This document shows, piece by piece, positions 48,001 to 57,482 of a stretch of DNA of 64,000 nucleotides. The notes under the pieces are model-generated. The model ran no database searches and was not told the DNA's origin. It was given only the letters and a program-made list of their open reading frames with translations. The translations under genes and the position numbers were made by a program. This DNA comes from an uncultured Paraprevotella sp. GTDB taxonomy: Bacteria > Bacteroidota > Bacteroidia > Bacteroidales > Bacteroidaceae. The stretch lies in NCBI GenBank assembly GCA_964528135.1, contig CAZGSE010000010.1, positions 108 to 64,107 on the forward strand, read 5' to 3'. Positions within the stretch are counted from its first letter, which is position 1; every line of letters begins with the position of its first letter.

Positions 48001-48648
48001 ATGAAGAAGATTTTTTCTTTCGTATGCGCTGCCGTGTTGGGATTGTCGGCGCAGGCGCAACTGGTGACTTCGCGCAGTATAACTAAGGTGGCGACACCGG
48101 TGGAAAACCGCACTACGTGGATGGTACGCGTGGGTGTGGGAACCAACAAGTTCGTGGGCGATGATTTCAAAGACTTCGGGACCAAGGCGGGTTATTGGCT
48201 CGGTGCCGAGTTTAACAAGACTTTAGGCAAACGCGGTGCCTACTGGGGTATGGATTTTGCATTGGCCAGCCGTGGATATAGCTATGAAGATGAATACGAA
48301 AAGATGAAGCTCGCGGCCCATAACATCCACTGGTCGCCTTTTATCTTTGGTTGGAAGATTGACGTGGCCGACTCCGACTTTTCCATCGACCCGCACATCG
48401 GCCTTTTTATGTCTTTAGATTACGCCGGTAAATATAAGTACGAAAGCAATAATAGAGAAGAGACTGTGAAGATCGGTGATGCTACAGACTATAATCGTTT
48501 TGATGTAGGCCTGAAGGTGGGTGTAGGCGTATGGTATAAAAAACGCTACAACCTGGATCTCACTTTCCAGCGTGGTTTCCTGGCTGATGACACGGACTAC
48601 GACGGGGGTACGAGCAATTTCATGGTGCGTTTGGGATACGCTTTCTGA
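48001..48648 (+). CDS. Outer membrane beta-barrel protein (PorT-like), paralog 2
   Basis: Signal peptide; YNRFDVGLKVGVG; C terminus VRLGYAF. Confidence 0.85.
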   Translation: MKKIFSFVCAAVLGLSAQAQLVTSRSITKVATPVENRTTWMVRVGVGTNKFVGDDFKDFGTKAGYWLGAEFNKTLGKRGAYWGMDFALASRGYSYEDEYEKMKLAAHNIHWSPFIFGWKIDVADSDFSIDPHIGLFMSLDYAGKYKYESNNREETVKIGDATDYNRFDVGLKVGVGVWYKKRYNLDLTFQRGFLADDTDYDGGTSNFMVRLGYAF

Positions 48649-48880
48649 TTTTTGCCGCGCCTGCGGAAGAGGATATGCGGGGTGTCCGTTTTGCGGATGC
48701 CCCGTTTCGTTGTGCCCGTATGTACGGGTGGCGGACGGCCGGACTTCGGGGCGGAACGCTGTCTTGGATGGGGTGATTTGTGTTTTTTTCATCTTCAATG
48801 TGCCTGCGATTGGAAATATTTGCCTATTTTTGTGGAAAAGGCCGGCGGTTGTCCGGCGATGTGTAACTTAAAGACATAGG

Positions 48881-49465
48881 ATGATGAAAAAGGTATTGTG
48901 CATGCTGGTGGGCATACTGTTTTCCGCCATGGGCGTCTTGCAGGCGCAGACCGAGGGCGGGCTGCTGGTCCTCCGCGGCGGGTTTGCCACAAATAATTTC
49001 AAGGGGAGGCATATACGGGCCGATATTTTGCCGAGTTATGACGTGTCGTTGGATTTCAACCGTTTCTTTTATAAGAAATGCTATTGGAATACGGGAGTGA
49101 TGTTTTCCACGCGCGGTTTCGACAGTGAGCATAGGGGAAAGCTCCGTGCGCATACGTTCGGCATTCCCCTCACGTTGGGACACTATCATAAGGTGACGGG
49201 CAATCTGGCCGTGGATATCCGTTTGGGCGGCTTTTTCACGGTAGATATGGCCGGCCAATATGAGGAAAACCACCACAAGAAAACCAAGATTCGCGACATC
49301 GAGGATTACAGGCGCTGCGATGGCGGCTTCGTGCTGGGCTTCGGCATCTGGTACAGGAAAATCAATCTGGACTATTCTTTCCGCCGCGGCTTCGGGCGGG
49401 TTTGGCATGACGACGGCCCGAAGAACTCAATCAACCACGTCGTTCGTCTGGGCTATGCTTTCTGA
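48881..49465 (+). CDS. Outer membrane beta-barrel protein (PorT-like), paralog 3
   Basis: Signal peptide; YRRCDGGFVLGFG; C terminus VRLGYAF; own -7 element at 48825-48832. Confidence 0.8.
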   Translation: MMKKVLCMLVGILFSAMGVLQAQTEGGLLVLRGGFATNNFKGRHIRADILPSYDVSLDFNRFFYKKCYWNTGVMFSTRGFDSEHRGKLRAHTFGIPLTLGHYHKVTGNLAVDIRLGGFFTVDMAGQYEENHHKKTKIRDIEDYRRCDGGFVLGFGIWYRKINLDYSFRRGFGRVWHDDGPKNSINHVVRLGYAF

Positions 49466-49551
49466 TATGGCCGGATGGGGTCGGCGCTTGGTGCCACGCC
49501 GTGTACCCCTTGCCGGTAACGCTTGTGTGACAAAACCGGGGAGAGAGAGGC

Positions 49552-50430
49552 ATGGATGAATTTGTCGTGGGGCTGGGAGAGGTGTTGTGGGATATGCTTC
49601 CCGAAGGAAAGAAACTGGGCGGCGCCCCGGCCAATTTCGCTTGGCATGTCTCGCGGTTCGGTTGGAAAAGCGTGGTGGCCAGTGCTGTGGGGCAGGACAG
49701 GCTGGGCGATGAGATACTGGACAGTTTCCGCGCCAGGGGATTGGCGGGACAGGTCAGCGTTGTGCCCTATTCCACGGGTACGGTACGGGTGGAGCTGGAT
49801 GCCGGCGGCGTGCCGCGTTACGACATAGCGGAGGGGGTGGCTTGGGACAATATCCCTTACACACCGGCTTTGGCAGAATTGGCCGGGCGCACCAAGGCAG
49901 TCTGTTTCGGGTCGCTGGCCCAACGCAGCGCGCAGTCGCGTGCCACGCTCCTGCGTTTTCTGGATGACATGCCCGGCGGAGACGGATGCTACAAGGTCTT
50001 TGACATCAACCTGCGCCAGCATTTCTATACCCGTGAGGTTGTACATACTTCCCTGCAGAAATGCAATGTATTGAAAGTTAATGACGAAGAACTGGCGGTG
50101 GTTGGCCGGATGTTCGGCCTGCCGGACGCGGGAGTGCAGGGACAGTGCCGCGCGCTGCTGTCGGCCTACGGGTTGAAAGCGCTGGTGCTCACTTGCGGTG
50201 TATCCGGGAGCTATGTGTTCACCGCGGACAGGGTGTCGTTTATGGAAACGCCGGGAGTGGAAGTGGCCGATACGGTCGGTGCCGGCGATGCGTTTACGGC
50301 GGCCTTTGTGTCGGGCATGCTCCGTGGCCTGCCGTTGGAAGAGGCGCACCGTCTGGCCGTGGACGTGTCGGCTTTTGTCTGCACGCAGAACGGGGCCATG
50401 CCCGTGTTGCCGTCCCGGTTGTTGCAGTGA
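49552..50430 (+). CDS. PfkB family carbohydrate kinase (fructokinase-like)
   Basis: GLGEVLWD, GGAPANFA, FDINLR, LKVNDEE, DTVGAGDAF. Confidence 0.93.
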   Translation: MDEFVVGLGEVLWDMLPEGKKLGGAPANFAWHVSRFGWKSVVASAVGQDRLGDEILDSFRARGLAGQVSVVPYSTGTVRVELDAGGVPRYDIAEGVAWDNIPYTPALAELAGRTKAVCFGSLAQRSAQSRATLLRFLDDMPGGDGCYKVFDINLRQHFYTREVVHTSLQKCNVLKVNDEELAVVGRMFGLPDAGVQGQCRALLSAYGLKALVLTCGVSGSYVFTADRVSFMETPGVEVADTVGAGDAFTAAFVSGMLRGLPLEEAHRLAVDVSAFVCTQNGAMPVLPSRLLQ

Positions 50431-50564
50431 TGGCGAAGCCGGGCCTGCACCGGGATTCCGCGGGGAATGCCCGGTCGTGGTTCATGTGCGTGAGAGCCGT
50501 CCCGGCTGTCTCGTGTGCAGGAGGCTTGTAGTTGGGGCAACGGAGCTTGTAGCGGAGGCGGACA

Positions 50565-50940
50565 GTGTATCCTTCCGGGCGGCAACCCGCTTCTTGCTTG
50601 AACAGTAAGTTGGGCGGACCGGGATATTGCAGCCCGGACTCGGCCGCAATGTATTCCACGGGGCGCAGCCCCTTTCGGATTTCCTTTTTGATGTGTCCTG
50701 TCATTTTCAGGCGCAGATATTCTCCGAAGCTCTTGCCGGTTTCGGCCGGTACCAGGTTGTCCAGGTAGGCCGGGGAAAGGTCCGGCACAGCCTGTTGCAG
50801 GAATTTTGTCCGATTTCCGCCCGCTTTGCCTGAAGTAGGTCTGCGCGGCGGCAGACAACTGCGACAGGATTTTCCGGTTGGTATTGGTGCGCATGATGAA
50901 CTGCCGTTCGTTGAAACGGCGGCAGTAGTCGGGTGGGAGG
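50565..50940 (-). pseudogene. Decayed, frameshifted AraC C-terminal fragment
   Basis: One frame DYCRRFNERQFIMRTNTNRK, another LSPAYLDNLV.AETGK..LLFKQEAGC.P; collinear with the intact AraC at 40118-41026; frameshift near 50780-50790; no N domain. Confidence 0.75.
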
Positions 50941-51072
50941 TGTGATAGTTTGAAATAAAAGCCGTGCGAATTGTTACGGTTTTTATGTCTGATTGCACGG
51001 TTCTTGTTCGTGTTTTTTATGGCCCGCTTCAAAATTGTGCCCTAAACCTTTGTCCAATATGAAAAAAGGGGC

Positions 51073-51080
51073 TAATTTTG
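51073..51080 (+). promoter_or_regulatory. -7 promoter element (TAATTTTG) for ilvD
   Basis: TAnnTTTG 38 nt upstream of ATG 51119. Confidence 0.6.
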
Positions 51081-51118
51081 CATTTATTAAAAAGAAAAGG
51101 AGTAAAAACGTTATAAAG

Positions 51119-52921
51119 ATGGAACACAAGTTGAGGAGTGCGCAAAGCACTGAAGGCCGCCGTATGGCGGGAGCCCGTGCATTGTGGGTGGCCAATGGCA
51201 TGAAGCGTGAACAGTTTGGCAAACCCATCATCGCGATAGTCAATTCATTCACCCAGTTCGTGCCCGGCCATACCCATCTGCACGAGATCGGACAGCGGGT
51301 GAAGGCGGAAATTGAGAAGCTGGGTTGCTATGCGGCCGAATTCAACACCATAGCCATCGATGATGGCATTGCCATGGGGCATGACGGGATGCTGTATTCC
51401 CTGCCCTCGCGCGACATCATTGCCGACAGCGTGGAGTATATGGTGAATGCCCACAAAGCCGATGCGATGGTGTGCATTTCCAATTGCGATAAGGTCACGC
51501 CGGGCATGCTCATGGCGGCCATGCGGTTGAATATTCCCACGGTGTTCGTGTCGGGCGGCCCGATGGAGGCACATAAAATCAATGGAGAGAATGCCGACTT
51601 GATTACGGCGATGATAAAGGCTGCCGACACATCGGTTTCCGATGACGAGATAGCGCGCATAGAAAACTGTGCCTGTCCAGGTTGCGGGAGCTGTTCGGGC
51701 ATGTTCACGGCCAACTCGATGAACAGCCTGACAGAGGCCATCGGCCTGTCATTGCCCGGCAACGGAACGGTGCTGGCCACCCATGTCAACCGCCTGCGGC
51801 TCTTTGAGGATGCCGCACGGCTTATTGTGGAGAACGCTTTCAAATATTACAGGGACGGCGATGACAGCGTGTTGCCCCGCAGCATTGCCACGCGCCAGGC
51901 TTTCCTGAACGCCATGACTTTGGACATTGCCATGGGCGGTTCCTCCAACACGGTGCTCCACCTGTTGGCCGTGGCACACGAGGCCGGAGTGGATTTCCGC
52001 ATGGCGGACATCGATGCCTTGAGCCGCAGGGTGCCTTGTCTGTGCAAACTGGCACCGAACACGCAGAAATATTCCATCCAGGAATGCAACCGTGCGGGCG
52101 GCATCCTGAACATCCTGGGCGAACTGGACAAGGCCGGGCTGCTGGACACGTCGTGCAAGCGCGTGAACGGCCATACGCTGGGCGAGGACATCCGGAAATA
52201 CAGCATCCTGAACACACCGGTGGATGCTGAGGCATTGCGTATCTACAGCAGTGCGCCGGGCGGGGTGTTCAGCACCCGGATGGGGTCGCAGGACAAGACA
52301 TACGACACGCTGGACACCGACCGGGCCACGGGTTGCATCCGCGATGTGGAACATGCCTATAGCAAAGACGGCGGGCTGGCCGTGCTGTTCGGCAACATCG
52401 CCCAGGACGGCTGTGTGGTCAAGACCGCCGGTGTGGACGAGAGCATCTGGCATTTCAGCGGCCCGGCCAAAGTGTTCGACTCGCAGGAAGATGCCTGCGA
52501 GGGCATCTTGGACGGCACGGTGGTGAGTGGCGATGTGGTGGTCATCACCCACGAGGGACCCAAGGGCGGCCCCGGCATGCAGGAGATGCTCTATCCCACG
52601 TCGTACCTGAAGAGCCGCCATCTGGGCAAGGAATGCGCCCTGATTACGGACGGCCGTTTCTCCGGCGGCACATCGGGGCTGAGCATCGGGCATATCTCGC
52701 CTGAGGCTGCTGCCGGGGGCAACATCGGAAAGATTGTAGATGGCGACATCATAGAGATTGATATTCCCGGACGGTCCATCAACGTGAAACTGACGGACGA
52801 GGAACTGGCTGCCCGTCCGCAGCGTCCGATGACGCGCAAGCGGGTGGTGCCCCGTTCGCTGAAGGCCTACGCCTCCATGGTAAGTTCGGCCGACAAGGGC
52901 GGGGTACGTATCATTGAATAA
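51119..52921 (+). CDS. ilvD: Dihydroxy-acid dehydratase
   Basis: [56 protein letters not shown]. Confidence 0.97.
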   Translation: MEHKLRSAQSTEGRRMAGARALWVANGMKREQFGKPIIAIVNSFTQFVPGHTHLHEIGQRVKAEIEKLGCYAAEFNTIAIDDGIAMGHDGMLYSLPSRDIIADSVEYMVNAHKADAMVCISNCDKVTPGMLMAAMRLNIPTVFVSGGPMEAHKINGENADLITAMIKAADTSVSDDEIARIENCACPGCGSCSGMFTANSMNSLTEAIGLSLPGNGTVLATHVNRLRLFEDAARLIVENAFKYYRDGDDSVLPRSIATRQAFLNAMTLDIAMGGSSNTVLHLLAVAHEAGVDFRMADIDALSRRVPCLCKLAPNTQKYSIQECNRAGGILNILGELDKAGLLDTSCKRVNGHTLGEDIRKYSILNTPVDAEALRIYSSAPGGVFSTRMGSQDKTYDTLDTDRATGCIRDVEHAYSKDGGLAVLFGNIAQDGCVVKTAGVDESIWHFSGPAKVFDSQEDACEGILDGTVVSGDVVVITHEGPKGGPGMQEMLYPTSYLKSRHLGKECALITDGRFSGGTSGLSIGHISPEAAAGGNIGKIVDGDIIEIDIPGRSINVKLTDEELAARPQRPMTRKRVVPRSLKAYASMVSSADKGGVRIIE

Positions 52922-52939
52922 AAAACGACAGGAAAGAAT

Positions 52940-54637
52940 ATGGCAAAAGAAAAGATAACGGGTGCAGAGGCTTTGATGCGCTCTTTGGTTTACGAAGGGG
53001 TGACCACGCTTTTCGGTTATCCCGGCGGATCCATCATGCCGGTTTACGATGCCTTGTATGGCTATCGTGACCGTTTGAATCATATCTTGGTGCGCCACGA
53101 ACAGGCGGCCGCCCATGCGGCGCAGGGCTATGCCCGTGTGTCGGGGAAGGTGGGTGTCTGTCTGGTGACCAGCGGGCCGGGGGCGACAAACACCGTGACG
53201 GGCATTGCGGATGCCCTGATGGACAGTACGCCCATCGTGGTGATTGCCGGGCAGGTCGGCACGTCCATGTTAGGTTCGGACGCTTTCCAAGAGTGCGACT
53301 TGTTGGGGGTTACGCAACCCATCAGCAAGTGGTCTTATCAAATCCGCCGTCCGGAGGATGTGGCATGGGCCGTGAGCCGTGCCTTCTACATCGCGCGGAG
53401 CGGGCGTCCCGGTCCGGTGGTGTTGGATTTTGCCAAGAATGCCCAGGTGGGCATGGTGGAATACGAACCCTGTGACATCAATTTCATCCGGAGTTACGTG
53501 CCGGTGCCGAAGACCGCTCCCGATGCCGTGCACCGGGCGGCCGACTTGATAAACAACGCCCGCCGGCCTTTCCTGCTCGTGGGTCATGGCGTGGAGATTG
53601 GCAATGCGCAGGATGAGGTGCGACGGCTGATGGAGACGGCGCACATCCCGGTGGGATGCACCCTGCTGGGCTTGTCGGCCCTGCCTTCGGACCATCCCCT
53701 GAACATGGGCATGCTGGGCATGCACGGCAGTCTGGCCAACAACGTGAAGACACAGGAATGCGACGTGTTAATCGCCGTGGGCATGCGGTTCGACGACCGT
53801 ATCACGGGCAAACTGAGCACGTATGCCACAAAGGCGAAGAAGATACATTTCGAGATAGATCCCAGCGAAGTCAATAAGAATGTCCCGGTGGATGTGGCGG
53901 TGCTGGGCGACTGTAAACAGACGCTGGCCGAGTTGCTGGCACTGGTGAAGCCCAACCGCCACGATGAGTGGGTGCAGAGCTTCGGTGAATATCTTGACAA
54001 GGAAAAGGAAGTGGTGGTAGAACCCGAAATCCATCCGGCCGATGGACCGGTCAAGATGGGCGAAGTGGTGCGCAGGGTGACGGAACTGACCGGCAACAAG
54101 GCCGTGCTGGTGACCGATGTGGGACAGAACCAGATGATGGCCGCGCGCTATTTCAAGTTCACCGAACCCCGCAGCATTGTCACCTCCGGTGGTATGGGTA
54201 CGATGGGATTCGGCCTCCCGGCCGCCATAGGTGCCACGTTCGGTGTGCCCGGCCGCATGGTTTGTCTTTTCTTGGGCGACGGCGGCATGCAGATGACGCT
54301 CCAGGAACTGGGTACGATTATGGAGCAGCGTTGCCCGGTGAAGATTATCCTGCTGAACAACAATTATCTGGGCAATGTGCGCCAGTGGCAGGAGATGTTC
54401 TTCGGCCGCCGCTATTCCTTCACACCGATGATGAACCCCGATTACAACAAGATAGCTTCGGCTTATGGCATCCCCAACCGTACGGTGGTGGACCGTGCCG
54501 ACTTGGATGACGCCATCTGCGAGATGGCCTCTACCGACGGCCCTTATTTGCTCCAGGTGGCCGTCATTGAGGAAGGGCGCGTGCTGCCGATGTGCTGTCC
54601 CGGAAACGACGTGGACAATATGGTGTTGGACTATTAA
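52940..54637 (+). CDS. ilvB: Acetolactate synthase large subunit
   Basis: FGYPGG, RHEQ, TSGPGATN, RFDDR, GGMGTMGFGLP, GDGG..NN. Confidence 0.97.
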   Translation: MAKEKITGAEALMRSLVYEGVTTLFGYPGGSIMPVYDALYGYRDRLNHILVRHEQAAAHAAQGYARVSGKVGVCLVTSGPGATNTVTGIADALMDSTPIVVIAGQVGTSMLGSDAFQECDLLGVTQPISKWSYQIRRPEDVAWAVSRAFYIARSGRPGPVVLDFAKNAQVGMVEYEPCDINFIRSYVPVPKTAPDAVHRAADLINNARRPFLLVGHGVEIGNAQDEVRRLMETAHIPVGCTLLGLSALPSDHPLNMGMLGMHGSLANNVKTQECDVLIAVGMRFDDRITGKLSTYATKAKKIHFEIDPSEVNKNVPVDVAVLGDCKQTLAELLALVKPNRHDEWVQSFGEYLDKEKEVVVEPEIHPADGPVKMGEVVRRVTELTGNKAVLVTDVGQNQMMAARYFKFTEPRSIVTSGGMGTMGFGLPAAIGATFGVPGRMVCLFLGDGGMQMTLQELGTIMEQRCPVKIILLNNNYLGNVRQWQEMFFGRRYSFTPMMNPDYNKIASAYGIPNRTVVDRADLDDAICEMASTDGPYLLQVAVIEEGRVLPMCCPGNDVDNMVLDY

Positions 54638-54652
54638 AGCGGAGGACAAAAA

Positions 54653-55219
54653 ATGGAACAAGAAAGGAAATTCTATACACTGATTGTTTTTTCAGAGAAC
54701 TTTGCGGGGCTGCTCAACCAGGTCACGGCGGTGTTTACACGCCGCCAGGTGAATATCGAGAGCCTGAACGTGTCGGCCTCCAGCATACAGGGAGTGCACA
54801 AATACACCATCACCTGCTGGAGTACGGAAGGGCAGATACAGATTATCACCAAACAAATCGAGAAACGCGTTGACGTGCTTCAGGCACATTATTTCACGGA
54901 CGACGAGATTTTTATCCAGGAAGTGGCCCTTTACAAACTCTCTACGCCCAAGGTGCTGGACAATCCGGACATCTCGTCGGCCGTGCGCCATCATGGCGCG
55001 CAGATTGTGGAGGTGAACCCCACTTATACGGTGGTGAGCAAGAAGGGTGTAACAGATGACATACTGTCGCTCTATGATGCGCTTGACAAATACCGTTGCG
55101 TGCTGCAATACGTGCGTTCGGGGCGCATCGCCATCACCAGGAGCCATACGGAATATCTGGACGAGTTCCTGGAAGAACGGCGCCACACGTATGAGGATTT
55201 GCAGCGGAAGGAGGACTGA
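54653..55219 (+). CDS. ilvN: Acetolactate synthase small subunit
   Basis: ACT domain EN.AGLLNQVTAVF.RRQVNIESL; YVRSGRIA. Confidence 0.95.
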   Translation: MEQERKFYTLIVFSENFAGLLNQVTAVFTRRQVNIESLNVSASSIQGVHKYTITCWSTEGQIQIITKQIEKRVDVLQAHYFTDDEIFIQEVALYKLSTPKVLDNPDISSAVRHHGAQIVEVNPTYTVVSKKGVTDDILSLYDALDKYRCVLQYVRSGRIAITRSHTEYLDEFLEERRHTYEDLQRKED

Positions 55220-55996
55220 GTGGCGTTGAAGAAGGACAAGATTGGGATCTATTCCTTTGTGGTAGAGCCATGCCACTTGGATTTCAGGGGGCGGTTGCGC
55301 TGGGGAGTGCTGGGCAACTGCCTGCTGGACTGTGCCGGATTCCACGCCACGGAGCGCGGCTTCGGCATTGCCGACGTGAACGAAAGCAACTATACGTGGG
55401 TGCTTTCGCGGCTGGGCATAGAGATGGAGGAAATGCCGGCGCAGCACGAGGAGTTCTGCATCGACACGTGGGTGGAGAATGTTTACCGCCTCTTCACCGA
55501 CCGCAACTTCGCCATCTACGGCAAGTCGGACGGCCGGGTCTATGGCTACGCGCGTTCCGTGTGGGCCATCATCAACATGGACACCCGCAAGCCTGCGGAC
55601 CTGCTGGAACTGTATGGCAACGACCTGCTGGATTTCATCGAGACGGAAAGGTCCTGCCCCATAGAGAAACTCGGACACATACGCGTGGGGGAGAGCATGC
55701 CCGTGCGCATGCAGGAGGTCCGTTACAGCGACATCGACTTCAACGGCCATGTGAACAGCATCAAGTATATGGAACACATCGCCGACCTCTATCCTCCGCA
55801 ATGGTATGCTTCCCATGACATCCGCCGCTTTGAGATGGCCTATGTGGCGGAAAGTTGCGCCGGCGACACGCTTGGTTTTTTCCGCAAGGAGAATGCCGAC
55901 GGCAGTTGCGACATCGAGGTGCGCAAGAACGCCGGGGGCGACAACCCCGAAGGCGAAGTGGTGTGCCGCAGCAAACTTAAATTTGATAACAAATAG
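55220..55996 (+). CDS. Acyl-ACP thioesterase
   Basis: WVLSRL, IDTWVE, RYSDIDFNGHVNSIKY; GTG start abutting the ilvN stop. Confidence 0.9.
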   Translation: MALKKDKIGIYSFVVEPCHLDFRGRLRWGVLGNCLLDCAGFHATERGFGIADVNESNYTWVLSRLGIEMEEMPAQHEEFCIDTWVENVYRLFTDRNFAIYGKSDGRVYGYARSVWAIINMDTRKPADLLELYGNDLLDFIETERSCPIEKLGHIRVGESMPVRMQEVRYSDIDFNGHVNSIKYMEHIADLYPPQWYASHDIRRFEMAYVAESCAGDTLGFFRKENADGSCDIEVRKNAGGDNPEGEVVCRSKLKFDNK

Positions 55997-56020
55997 CAGT
56001 TTTTCCTGTTTGGTTAGGAA

Positions 56021-56036
56021 TAATTTTGTAACTTTG
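56021..56036 (+). promoter_or_regulatory. Tandem -7 elements (TAATTTTG, TAACTTTG) for ilvC
   Basis: Two adjacent TAnnTTTG matches upstream of ATG 56123. Confidence 0.6.
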
Positions 56037-56122
56037 CCGTCAGGTTTGATTTGAATTGAACAAACGATAATATTATTGAGAAACGCAGCCTGCAGGGCTG
56101 CATAAAAAAACAGACATAAGAA

Positions 56123-57166
56123 ATGGCAGAAATGAATTTTGGCGGCGTCATCGAGAATGTGATGACCCGCGAAGAGTTTCCTTTGGAAAAGGCTCGTGAG
56201 ATTTTGAAGGACGAGACGATAGCAGTTTTGGGCTACGGAGTGCAGGGACCCGGCCAGGCCTGCAACCTGCGTGACAACGGTTTCAATGTGATTGTGGGCC
56301 AGCGCCAGGGCAAGACCTACGACAAGGCCGTGGCCGACGGATGGGTTCCGGGCGAAACGCTGTTCTCTTTGGAAGAGGCTGCCCAGAAGGGCACCATCGT
56401 CTGCATGCTGCTCTCCGATGCGGCGCAGATGCAGTTGTGGCCCACCATCAAGCCCTATCTTACGCCGGGCAAGACGCTGTATTTCTCGCATGGTTTCGCC
56501 ATTACATGGAGCGACCGCACGGGCGTGGTGCCGCCCAAGGATATTGATGTAATCATGGTGGCCCCGAAAGGTTCCGGCACTTCGCTGCGCACCATGTTCT
56601 TGGAAGGCCGTGGCCTGAACTCTTCCTATGCCATCTACCAGGATGCCAGCGGCAAAGCCCTGGACAAGGTGCTGGCTTTCGGCATCGGCATCGGTTCGGG
56701 TTATCTGTTTGAAACCACTTTCAAGCGCGAGGCCACCTCTGACCTGACGGGCGAGCGCGGCTCGCTGATGGGTGCCATCCAAGGCCTGCTGCTGGCGCAG
56801 TATGAAGTGTTGCGCGAGAACGGCCACACACCCTCCGAGGCTTTCAACGAAACAGTAGAAGAGCTGACCCAGTCGCTGATGCCCCTGTTCGCCAAGAACG
56901 GCATGGACTGGATGTATGCCAACTGTTCCACGACCGCGCAGCGCGGTGCGCTGGATTGGATGGGTCCGTTCCACGATGCCATTAAGCCGGTGGTGCAGAA
57001 ACTTTACCAGAGCGTGGTGAGCGGCAACGAAGCCCAGATTTCTATCGACTCCAACTCCAAGCCCGACTACCGTGTGAAACTGCAGGCAGAGTTGCAGGCG
57101 TTGCACGACAGCGAGATGTGGCGCACGGCCGAGACGGTGCGCAAGTTGCGTCCGGAGAACAGCTGA
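56123..57166 (+). CDS. ilvC: Ketol-acid reductoisomerase
   Basis: LGYGVQG, LYFSHGF, MVAPKG, SDLTGERG, FNETVEE, CSTTAQRGA. Confidence 0.97.
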   Translation: MAEMNFGGVIENVMTREEFPLEKAREILKDETIAVLGYGVQGPGQACNLRDNGFNVIVGQRQGKTYDKAVADGWVPGETLFSLEEAAQKGTIVCMLLSDAAQMQLWPTIKPYLTPGKTLYFSHGFAITWSDRTGVVPPKDIDVIMVAPKGSGTSLRTMFLEGRGLNSSYAIYQDASGKALDKVLAFGIGIGSGYLFETTFKREATSDLTGERGSLMGAIQGLLLAQYEVLRENGHTPSEAFNETVEELTQSLMPLFAKNGMDWMYANCSTTAQRGALDWMGPFHDAIKPVVQKLYQSVVSGNEAQISIDSNSKPDYRVKLQAELQALHDSEMWRTAETVRKLRPENS

Positions 57167-57211
57167 TCCGGTTCATAAGGATTTATTTGTGTTTTACTGC
57201 ATATTGCAGGA

Positions 57212-57247
57212 AGGCGTGTCCCGCGAAAGCCGGGCACGCCTTTTTTG
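57212..57247 (+). terminator. Intrinsic terminator after ilvC
   Basis: AAGGCGTGTCC / GGGCACGCCTT stem plus T tract. Confidence 0.8.
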
Positions 57248-57377
57248 ATGCCTTCCGCTTGTATGCCGGCGGGTTGTTCCCGGCTTGCGGAAGAGGGGGG
57301 GACCCTTGTCACAAGCCCGCCCCGGCTTCCGGTACGGGCGGTGGTGCGGCACGGTCGTGGGCGGTGTCGGACGGGCA

Positions 57378-57421
57378 GAAAAAGGGGAGGCGTCCTGATG
57401 GTGTTTCAAGACGCCTCCCTT
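57378..57421 (-). terminator. Intrinsic terminator after ppiD
   Basis: GGGAGGCGTC / GACGCCTCCC stem preceded by an A run on plus (U tail on minus). Confidence 0.7.
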
Positions 57422-57482
57422 GTTATTGCTTGGAACGGCCGCCCGGAGCGTGTAGCCGGGGCGCGGCCTTTCCCTGTCTGGG

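Noticed and set aside
50950-51118. ilv attenuator or leader peptide
   Set aside because: The promoter element is only 38 nt from the ilvD start; no Ile/Leu/Val-rich peptide or terminator
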